A stretch of DNA of 64,000 bases, taken from a virus. Lineage: Duplodnaviria > Caudoviricetes. The stretch lies in the IMG/VR virus record IMGVR_UViG_3300010429_000387, positions 1 to 64,000 of that record, one strand, 5' to 3'. Position 1 is the first letter of the stretch. Every line of letters begins with the position of its first letter. The notes under the pieces are model-generated. The model was not told the DNA's origin. It did no database searches and saw only the letters and a list, made by a program, of their open reading frames with translations. This document shows, in pieces, positions 35,868 through 43,254 of this stretch. Made by a program: the position numbers and the translations under genes.

Positions 35868-36794
35868 CTACAAGTTCCAGAGAACCGGAGCCCGAGGCCC
35901 CACTTGAATCTTGGATTCAAGCCTCTTGAAGTGGTCAATCCCCTCAAGACTATCCCGGTACCGCTTCGGTATTGCACTGAATCCGTAGTAGGTTCCAGCT
36001 AGAGCCCCTGTGATAGCTGCTGTGGTGTCAGTGTCACCCCCAGCCCGAACTGCTGCCTGAACGGCCTCTTCGTAGGTCTTCGTGAATACAAATGCTGAGA
36101 AGGCGGAGGGGACCGTCTGTACCACATGGGCACTCGTTCCGAACAACTTCATCGCCTCTGGGGCATCCACGTCCCCAGAGTTCTGGTAGAAGACCAGCCG
36201 TTGGAGCCTGTCCTTGATCTTGGAATCCTCCAGGTACCCAATGGTCTTGGTTACAAGGTCTTCTACCTTGACCCCATTCAAGAGTAGGGCAACGGCAACA
36301 GAAACGGCAGCCGACCCCTCTTCTGCCTCCCTGGAACGGTGGGTGATCCTAGCGTCTATCCGAGCGAACTCGGCCGTTGTGTACAGATCCTCATGGTAGA
36401 AGGCTCCAATGGGGGCCGACCGCATGGCAGTCCCATTCCCCTCGGAACCATCGATCCCGCTCTTGCACCAAGGAACCCCACGGTCCAGGTTCTCCAAGGC
36501 GGCCTGAGTCGTCTTGCCCATCCCCCGTTTTGCCCCGTTGATGAGCCAATGTCGGTAACGGTCAGCAATGTCACGGGGATAGAAACCACCACAGAGGAAG
36601 AGGCTCTCTGTGATGAGCTTAGCCATCATCGTGTCATCGGTCCATTGACCGGGGTTGAGCTGGTGAAACTCACTCGGAAGGTATCGACCATCCCAGGCTA
36701 GAAGCTCAGGATCGTCGGACTTCTTGGTCTCGAAGGGCATACCGAGGGCATCACCCACGCCCTCCCCGATCAAAGGTGATGGGTCTTGTACCAT
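35868..36794 (-). CDS. ADP-ribosylglycohydrolase (DraG/ARH family)
   Basis: GDALGMPFE, WTDDT, GNGTAMR, ITH, GGDTDTTAAITGALAG. Confidence 0.93.
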   Translation of the reverse strand: MVQDPSPLIGEGVGDALGMPFETKKSDDPELLAWDGRYLPSEFHQLNPGQWTDDTMMAKLITESLFLCGGFYPRDIADRYRHWLINGAKRGMGKTTQAALENLDRGVPWCKSGIDGSEGNGTAMRSAPIGAFYHEDLYTTAEFARIDARITHRSREAEEGSAAVSVAVALLLNGVKVEDLVTKTIGYLEDSKIKDRLQRLVFYQNSGDVDAPEAMKLFGTSAHVVQTVPSAFSAFVFTKTYEEAVQAAVRAGGDTDTTAAITGALAGTYYGFSAIPKRYRDSLEGIDHFKRLESKIQVGPRAPVLWNL

Positions 36795-36810
36795 GCCTTG
36801 ATCGGACACC

Positions 36811-36880
36811 AAAACGAAAGCGACCCACCTCTAGGGGGAGGTAGGTCGCTCAAGTCTTTCCGGAGTTGGGTCGAGAAAGC
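36811..36880 (-). ncRNA. Candidate ~70-nt small RNA or terminated leader
   Basis: Lies between TTGACA-N17-TACCCT (36915-36887) and terminator AGCGACCTACCTC-CCCCTA-GAGGTGGGTCGCT-TTCGTTTT; no ATG. Confidence 0.5.
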
Positions 36881-36969
36881 TCGGGCAGGGTAGTGTGGTT
36901 GACTACCCCTGTCAACCTGGATTCAGGAGCGATTTCGAGTGTTCAAACATAACTGACCGACGGCCAGTC

Positions 36970-37284
36970 TCATTCGTCATCAAAATCCAGTGGTTCGAGG
37001 GGGCGGTCATCCTCATCGTAGTCGGGGACATCTGGTTCGTAGCCCTGACCGGCTGAGACCAGTGCCTCGATGGCGGCCTTCCTCTCCTCATCGGTGAGTT
37101 GCCCTTCCCAGGGCTCACCATCGAGAAGAACGGCTTCCAGCTCGGCATCCTCAGGTTCGTCAGGGTAGCAATCCTCTGGGGGTCCGTAGAGCTTCCCTGG
37201 GGTACCGGGGGTGTAGTAGCCCTCCAGGTTCAGTTCAATCTCCTCGTCATCTCGTTCGACGATGATGGTGGCGGTAACTTGCAT
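36970..37284 (-). CDS. Acidic hypothetical protein
   Basis: SD GAGGAG; GPPEDCYPDEP motif. Confidence 0.75.
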   Translation of the reverse strand: MQVTATIIVERDDEEIELNLEGYYTPGTPGKLYGPPEDCYPDEPEDAELEAVLLDGEPWEGQLTDEERKAAIEALVSAGQGYEPDVPDYDEDDRPLEPLDFDDE

Positions 37285-37336
37285 GACTCCTCACCGAGGA
37301 ATGGGGGGTCCGAGTTGGACCCCCCAGGGGTAGTGG

Positions 37337-38662
37337 TCAGGAACCAGACCGCTTGCGAAGGTTGCGGACGATCCCCTTCCAGATGTTCTCTACACGATCC
37401 ACATGAGCCTTATCTCCATCCCCTCCCTGACGATGGGCAGCCTCGTGAACCAGAATGCGAAGGGTCTCGTCAGGGTCAACGAGATACTTCTTGGCAACGT
37501 ACACCTTCCCATCCTTGTACTGACCCATGAGGTCTTCCGAGCGGAAGTCCACCACCTCGACCGTTGCGATCCCCAGGGCCTCAACCTCATTGATGAGGGC
37601 TACTGCATCGCTCAGGTTCCCCTTCTCAGGATCGGACAGGTCGCTCCACCCGTAGCGCTTGACCTCTTCCTTGGCGAGCTGGGTCTTGACCGTGAGGGAA
37701 TCCCCGAGCTTCTTTGCCAGGACGGTCCCCAACTGCTTTGAGACCACGACCCCACGCTTCCCAAGGTGCTCAATGTCGATGGACTCGGCAAGGCTGGTCA
37801 CCGGGATGGCATCCTCGCCATGCTGGGCCTTGAACTTGGCAGCCAGGTGCTCCACAGCCTTCTCCGGAACTCCGTAGGCTCCGCTGTAGTCCGAGATGGT
37901 CTCCACCTCGGTTGAGGCTTCTTCGAGCATCACGTTGAACTGCTCGAACAGGTCCTCCCTCTTGTTCATGGCAGCCAGGAAGATGTTCTTCGTGTGGTAC
38001 TTGAGGTTCCACGCCTCGACCATCTTGCGGTCCCGGTCCAGCTCAGCGTCCTTCATGTTGTACCCGAAGCTCAGTTCGGGATCCGTCTGGACGAAGATGC
38101 CCTTGACGTAGACACGGCCCTTGTACTTCGGCCCGAGAAGCAGGGTACCTTGGTAGGTCTCGACCTGTTCATCCTTCTTGGGCTTGGCGAGGAAGAGGAA
38201 GCATTCCCGCATCTTCTCCCAGGCTTCCTTCGTGATTCCGCCAATCTCGACTCGGACTCGGTTCTTGGGCTCCCGGCCCTTCTCGATGTTGAAGGTCAGC
38301 ACGTCTTCATCGAAGACCTCCGACCGTTCGATGGAGGGGGTCCAGACCTCGCCTCCGTTGCGGATCTTGACCGGGTGTCCTGCCCGAACCAGGGCCAGGA
38401 TCCCCAACTTGAGCCCCTCTCCGAACTTGCCGATCAGCTCGGAGTTGCCGGTCTTGCTGGTGTGCCCCAGGAGAAGGGCCTTCAGTGGAAGGTTGGCGCC
38501 CTCGTTCTCGACCCTGAGGTTGTCGTTGTACCAGTCCACCTTGAGGGGAGCGCTGTGCTCCACCTCAGCATCACGCCCGTTCTGGACGATTTCACGGACG
38601 CCTTCGTAGGCGCCCCAGGAAGGAAGGTACGAGGTCTTGATGGTGAGCTGGATCTTAGGCAT
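37337..38662 (-). CDS. GHKL-type ATPase-like protein with C-terminal HExxH domain
   Basis: VREIVQNGRDA, LG.TSK, IGKFGEGLKLG; ILVHEAAH. Confidence 0.75.
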   Translation of the reverse strand: MPKIQLTIKTSYLPSWGAYEGVREIVQNGRDAEVEHSAPLKVDWYNDNLRVENEGANLPLKALLLGHTSKTGNSELIGKFGEGLKLGILALVRAGHPVKIRNGGEVWTPSIERSEVFDEDVLTFNIEKGREPKNRVRVEIGGITKEAWEKMRECFLFLAKPKKDEQVETYQGTLLLGPKYKGRVYVKGIFVQTDPELSFGYNMKDAELDRDRKMVEAWNLKYHTKNIFLAAMNKREDLFEQFNVMLEEASTEVETISDYSGAYGVPEKAVEHLAAKFKAQHGEDAIPVTSLAESIDIEHLGKRGVVVSKQLGTVLAKKLGDSLTVKTQLAKEEVKRYGWSDLSDPEKGNLSDAVALINEVEALGIATVEVVDFRSEDLMGQYKDGKVYVAKKYLVDPDETLRILVHEAAHRQGGDGDKAHVDRVENIWKGIVRNLRKRSGS

Positions 38663-38674
38663 GGTAGTCTCTCC

Positions 38675-38848
38675 TTACACCGAGCTAGACGTAGAAGTGG
38701 GGGTATTCTGACAGAGGGTTGCGTGAATCTTGTCCGATTCCGCAAACAACCTACGGGCGGCCTCGATGTCACCTTGCTCCACCAGCTCTCGGGCCTGGTC
38801 TTGCAACTCGTTCCACCGGTCCTGCTGGGCTTCTTCGTAGGTCTGCAT
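38675..38848 (-). CDS. Hypothetical protein
   Basis: MQTYEEA...; leaderless class A. Confidence 0.65.
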   Translation of the reverse strand: MQTYEEAQQDRWNELQDQARELVEQGDIEAARRLFAESDKIHATLCQNTPTSTSSSV

Positions 38849-38853
38849 GTTGG

Positions 38854-38881
38854 TACAACGGGCCACCTCGAAGAATTTCAA
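38854..38881 (-). promoter_or_regulatory. Class A phage promoter
   Basis: TTGAAA-N15-CGTTGTA-N5-ATG. Confidence 0.8.
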
Positions 38882-39004
38882 CCTGCCCCGTCGATTTTTT
38901 CTTCGAGCCCCTAGAACCTGGTGTAGTAGCTGAAGTCACACCTCAACTTGGCCCCCTCGGGGGCATTTTTGGTCCGTCCCGTCAGGGCGGACATGGAGGA
39001 CATC

Positions 39005-40648
39005 ATGGCAAACAAGTCTGCTTTCAAGCAGTCTCACGCCAAGAAGGCGGAGACGAAGAACTACGCTGGCGGCCTCGCCTACTCGATGGAGGCCAAGGCG
39101 GCCCTGGCCCAGCTTGCTGTGACCGGGTGCTTCAACAGCACCTATTACACAACGGCTGAGGACCAGCTCGACCAGGTTCTCACCCTGGCACGTCAGACCG
39201 ACCCGGAGTTCGTGGCGAAGGTTGCGATCTATGCTCGGGAGTCCGGGTTCATGAAGGACATGCCTGCCTCTCTGGTGGCATGGCTCTCCACGGTCGATGC
39301 CAAGGTCTGCCGTCAGGCGTTCGGTCGGGTCATCGACAACGGGAAGATGCTGAGGAACTTCGTCCAGATGATCCGGTCTGGGGCGTTCGGTCGGCACAAC
39401 CTTTCGTCGGCCACGATGAAGAGGATGGTCCACTCCTGGTTCGAGTCTCGGACGGATGACCAGGTGTTCTTCCAGTCGGTCGGGTCCAACCCGTCGATGG
39501 GGGACATCGTGAAGCTGGCCCGTGTGGCTCCGAAGACCCTTACCCGGTCGGCCCTCTATGCCCATCTGATTGGCAAGAAGACCGGCAAGTTCGAGGGCAA
39601 GGAGTTCGACGTGGCGACTTCCCTCCCGGCCATCGTGGCGTCCTACGAGGCGTACAGGGCCTCTCCGGAGGGTGCTCTCCCGGCAGCCCCCTTCGAGATG
39701 CTGACCGGTCTCCAGCTCAAGGCTGAGGACTGGAAGGCCATCGCCCAGAAGGCTACCTGGACTCAGACCTTCAAGAGCCTGAACACCTTCTCCCGCCAGG
39801 GGGTCTTCAAGGATCCCAAGATGGTCAAGCTCGTAGCTGAGAAGCTCCGGGACAAGGAGGCGATCAGGAAGGCGAAGGTCTTCCCGTTCCAGATCCTCAT
39901 GGCCTACAAGGCTGTCACGGATGACTCCATCCGCTACGGTCGAGGCTACGGATTCGGTCGGGCGGCTTCGGCGGAGAAGGCTGAGGACATGCCCAAGAAG
40001 ATCACGGATGCTCTCCAGGATGCCATGGAAGTGGCGACTGAGAACGTCCCGAGCTTCGAGGGCAAGAACGTGGTCATCTGCCCGGACGTGTCTGGGTCGA
40101 TGTCGAGTGCCTACATCACGGGTAACCGGAAGGGTGCAACCACGAAGGTCCGGGCCATTGATGCTGCTGCCCTGGTGGCAGCCTCTCTGCTCCGGAAGAA
40201 CCCGACGGCTCAGGTCATCCCCTTCGAGGGTGATGTGTGCTCGGTGAAGGTGAACGGCAAGGACACCATCATGACGAACGCACAGATCCTCGCCTCCGTT
40301 GGGGGTGGATCGACCAACTGTGCGGCTCCTCTCGCCCTGCTCAACAAGAAGAAGGCGAGCGTGGATCTTGTTGTATTCATCTCAGACAACGAGTCCTGGA
40401 CGGGTCACTACGGGTACTCCCGTGGGACTCAGATGTCGGAGCAGTGGGAGCTTCTCCGGAAGCGCAACCCCAACGCCAAGCTGGTGTGCATCGACCTGAC
40501 CCCGAACGGAACGACCCAGGCCCCGGATAAGGCGGACACCCTCAACGTCGGGGGCTTCTCCGATACGGTCTTCAAGATCATGGAGGCATTTGTGTCTGGA
40601 TCCGGCAAGGAGCACTGGGTTGAAGTGATCGAGAAGGTTCAGCTCTAG
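39005..40648 (+). CDS. rsr: Ro60/TROVE-domain RNA-binding protein (Rsr-like) with vWA domain
   Basis: N.AGG.AY, TG.FN.TYY, YAR..G.MKD.P, LRNFVQ..RSG, VFPFQ..AY, DVSGSM, GG.TNC, SDNESW, GFSD.VF. Confidence 0.9.
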   Translation: MANKSAFKQSHAKKAETKNYAGGLAYSMEAKAALAQLAVTGCFNSTYYTTAEDQLDQVLTLARQTDPEFVAKVAIYARESGFMKDMPASLVAWLSTVDAKVCRQAFGRVIDNGKMLRNFVQMIRSGAFGRHNLSSATMKRMVHSWFESRTDDQVFFQSVGSNPSMGDIVKLARVAPKTLTRSALYAHLIGKKTGKFEGKEFDVATSLPAIVASYEAYRASPEGALPAAPFEMLTGLQLKAEDWKAIAQKATWTQTFKSLNTFSRQGVFKDPKMVKLVAEKLRDKEAIRKAKVFPFQILMAYKAVTDDSIRYGRGYGFGRAASAEKAEDMPKKITDALQDAMEVATENVPSFEGKNVVICPDVSGSMSSAYITGNRKGATTKVRAIDAAALVAASLLRKNPTAQVIPFEGDVCSVKVNGKDTIMTNAQILASVGGGSTNCAAPLALLNKKKASVDLVVFISDNESWTGHYGYSRGTQMSEQWELLRKRNPNAKLVCIDLTPNGTTQAPDKADTLNVGGFSDTVFKIMEAFVSGSGKEHWVEVIEKVQL

Positions 40649-40670
40649 TTCCAGGGCCTAGGCTCACAAG

Positions 40671-40715
40671 AGGCTGGTGTGGGAGGATTCCTTTCCCATG
40701 CCAGCCTTTTGCTTT
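40671..40715 (+). terminator. Intrinsic terminator after rsr
   Basis: AGGCTGGTGTGGGA...TCCCATGCCAGCCT-TTTGCTTT. Confidence 0.8.
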
Positions 40716-40785
40716 GATGCTACCCTTGACTATGGAAGGCTTGTTTTCGCCTTATACCAGGCGCTAGATAGACCCCCGGAGAGAC

Positions 40786-41307
40786 ATGGCGTTTTCTCTC
40801 GATAACCTCCTCGAAAGTGTCGTACCCGCTATCATCTCGGGGGGTGGGACAGCTCTGTCTACCATCTTCGCTTTCTTCCGTGACCTCAAGAAGAAGGTTG
40901 AAGACCTTGAGAAGCGAGTTGGTTCCGTTGACAACAAGTCTGGTTTGGCCTACTCCATCAGTCTAGTTGAGGAGTCTGTTCGTCAGGTTCGCAACCAGAT
41001 TGAGGGGATGAACAACGGCAGGTGGAACCGCCCATCTACCTTGTCTGGACTTGAGGGTTTCCCCAGTCTCCCCAACCTGGACCAGGCAATCCAACGGATG
41101 ATGACCGTTGAGCCTCGCCTCCGTGAATTGGAGGAGAGGTGCGAGCGAATCGAAAGCAAGTTCAAGAAGCTGGTGACTGAAGAGGACTTCGAGCAGTCAG
41201 ATCGGCAGAGAGCAGAGGAGATCGCCACTGTACGGACTACATTGGCCGAGGTGAAGGGTCTACTTCAAGGGCTTCAGTCGGCTTTGGGGCTGATCAAGTC
41301 TAGGTGA
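40786..41307 (+). CDS. Membrane-anchored coiled-coil protein
   Basis: N-terminal hydrophobic segment, heptad repeats. Confidence 0.7.
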   Translation: MAFSLDNLLESVVPAIISGGGTALSTIFAFFRDLKKKVEDLEKRVGSVDNKSGLAYSISLVEESVRQVRNQIEGMNNGRWNRPSTLSGLEGFPSLPNLDQAIQRMMTVEPRLRELEERCERIESKFKKLVTEEDFEQSDRQRAEEIATVRTTLAEVKGLLQGLQSALGLIKSR

Positions 41308-41386
41308 GCCCCACCTTCAGCTAAATCCTGGGCTTTTCCTGGGGCTTGCGGCACTACTTATGCAGCCCTATACTTAGGAGAAGCCC

Positions 41387-41710
41387 ATGCACCCCGTAGT
41401 CAAGCCCAAGTTCTTCAAACGACAGTCCGGCCAAATACGGGCTGTCTGTGCAGAAGTCCAGGCCATACTTGATGCCACAAAGGAGGTTTGTGAGAAGGTC
41501 TCAAGTGACCCTCCGCCACCTATTGCGGCTAGACAACGTGACCCAGAAGCAGGCACTTACTGCCTGACATCCGGTCAGGTTGAAGAAGAGCAGGTATTAG
41601 TACCTCCTGTGGAAAGAGCACCTGCTCCACGACCTAGGCCCCGTACTCAGTCCAAGCCTGAAATCCAAGCACCCCGAAAAAAGATGGGCAGCTTCTCGAA
41701 CGAGGGTTGA
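41387..41710 (+). CDS. Hypothetical protein
   Basis: SD AGGAG. Confidence 0.6.
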   Translation: MHPVVKPKFFKRQSGQIRAVCAEVQAILDATKEVCEKVSSDPPPPIAARQRDPEAGTYCLTSGQVEEEQVLVPPVERAPAPRPRPRTQSKPEIQAPRKKMGSFSNEG

Positions 41711-41735
41711 AGACTCCTGCTGTTCATCCGTTGTA
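41707..41735 (+). promoter_or_regulatory. Class A phage promoter
   Basis: TTGAAG-N16-CGTTGTA-N5-ATG. Confidence 0.8.
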
Positions 41736-41740
41736 GAGGC

Positions 41741-42097
41741 ATGGGCAAGTTCCTCTACCTCCTACCCTATTCTCTGATCCTTCTGGCGAGTCCCGCTGTA
41801 GCAGGCCCAAACTGCCTGGCTGGCGATACCCAGAAGGGTCCAAACTGCGTACACGAATGGATAGCCCCAGCCTCGGCATCGTCCGACTACGCTGAGGAGA
41901 TCCCTTGGAGCACGGTGTATCGCCCTCAGGGTAGAGGCCAGAAGGTAGTCTGGGGCGAGCTTCCTGGACGAGTCATTGAGTCCAGCCCTAGGCACATCCG
42001 GATTGTCCTAGACTTGGTGACCCGAGAAGGGGACCGGATTCACATCGACTCTGTGTACACCTGGGATGGGCAACGGTACTCACCCACCAAGCGGTGA
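41741..42097 (+). CDS. Secreted/periplasmic hypothetical protein
   Basis: Signal peptide ending AVA; leaderless class A. Confidence 0.7.
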   Translation: MGKFLYLLPYSLILLASPAVAGPNCLAGDTQKGPNCVHEWIAPASASSDYAEEIPWSTVYRPQGRGQKVVWGELPGRVIESSPRHIRIVLDLVTREGDRIHIDSVYTWDGQRYSPTKR

Positions 42098-42125
42098 AAC
42101 CCTTTTGGAACTCAGGTAGTGGTCC

Positions 42126-42614
42126 ATGAGCCTAGATGCAAACGAAATCATCGTGAACCTGTGGCAGGGTTCCAGACCCCCAACCGGAAGCGCCTTGAGA
42201 GACCTTGGGTTCAAGGTCTTGGTGCTATGTGCTCAGGAGTGGCAGCCAGCAGCACATCAGTTTCAGGGGGTTCGAGTGATTTACGCCCCGAACGATGATG
42301 ATCCGACTCGGATGCCAACTAGAGAGGAGCTGCTCATCGCAGTCCGGGCAGCTCGGGATGTGGCTCAGGCCGTGAGGGACGGTCAGAAGGTCCTGGTCAC
42401 TTGCTGGCAGGGGTGGAACCGTTCGGGCCTAGTGAGCGCCCTGGCCCTCTACCTACTGACGGGATCTTCTGGGGTGGAGTGCCGACTCCAGGTCCAGTTG
42501 AGACGAGACCACGCCCTGGTGAACCGGGGCTTCCAGAGGGCACTTGATTCTCTATCCCCAATAGCCGTCGAAAGACCGAGCTTTTTCCGTCTATCGCCAG
42601 TGACAGCCGCGTGA
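42126..42614 (+). CDS. Dual-specificity/tyrosine phosphatase-like protein
   Basis: VLVTCWQGWNRSG (CX5R). Confidence 0.85.
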   Translation: MSLDANEIIVNLWQGSRPPTGSALRDLGFKVLVLCAQEWQPAAHQFQGVRVIYAPNDDDPTRMPTREELLIAVRAARDVAQAVRDGQKVLVTCWQGWNRSGLVSALALYLLTGSSGVECRLQVQLRRDHALVNRGFQRALDSLSPIAVERPSFFRLSPVTAA

Positions 42615-43254
42615 TCTTGAGATACTTCTGAGCAAGAAGTCCGAGGGTCCTGGCAGCCTGTTCCTCCTTGGACCGCTCCTTTGACCTGTTGAACTGAAGC
42701 CGGAGGTCATCTCCGTGGGGGATGGCTTTCAGGAGTTCTGGGGGTACCGAACGGAACCTTCCGGTCTGTAGGTACAGCCGGATTCGGAGGTCTACATCTT
42801 CGTGGCCGTACTCCCAGAACCGGGGGTCATACCCACCCACCTGGAAGAACCGGTAGACTGGAACGGCCAATGCCCCCATCAGGTCCGGTGCTGAGGGGCT
42901 TATGAAGAGGCAGGAGTCCTGGTCCAACCTGGGCTCAATGAAGCTCCAGAAGCCTTCCTGGACCAGGCTGTCGGCATCCAGGAATACCAGGTGGGTTGCC
43001 CCCTCGGAGGTTGCCCTCCTAGCCCCCTGGTTCCTAGCCACGGGGGCACTCCAGGTAGGCATCCGAACCCTCTCAACAAGGACCCTGTGGTTGCTCAAGG
43101 ATATGGCCCAGTTACCGGTCCCCTCAGGGCACTCCGCATCGACCACCACAATGGGTGCAGGGGTACGTTCAAGCATCAAAGGAAGGCTCTGCTTCAGGTG
43201 AGCGAGCCTTCCTTTGCAGGTTGTGATGATAACCGGCTTAGCCAATAGGGACAA
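42397..43254 (-). CDS. Glycosyltransferase family 2 (with GT7-like C-terminal part)
   Basis: IVVVD, ARNQGA, LVFLDAD, VGGYD..F..YGHED.DL..RL. Confidence 0.85.
   Translation of the reverse strand: MSLLAKPVIITTCKGRLAHLKQSLPLMLERTPAPIVVVDAECPEGTGNWAISLSNHRVLVERVRMPTWSAPVARNQGARRATSEGATHLVFLDADSLVQEGFWSFIEPRLDQDSCLFISPSAPDLMGALAVPVYRFFQVGGYDPRFWEYGHEDVDLRIRLYLQTGRFRSVPPELLKAIPHGDDLRLQFNRSKERSKEEQAARTLGLLAQKYLKITRLSLAIDGKSSVFRRLLGIENQVPSGSPGSPGRGLVSTGPGVGTPPQKIPSVGRGPGRSLGPNGSTPASK

Noticed and set aside
2851-38881. Apparent shared N-terminal peptide MKxSxxxRCxx in several ORF-track proteins
   Set aside because: It is the class A promoter translated from the TTG of its -35 box; the true starts are the downstream ATGs.
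40671-40715. Y RNA after rsr (GGCTGG...CCAGCCTTTT resembles Y RNA ends)
   Set aside because: Only ~40 nt, no bulged-C Ro-binding helix, and positioned as an ordinary terminator.
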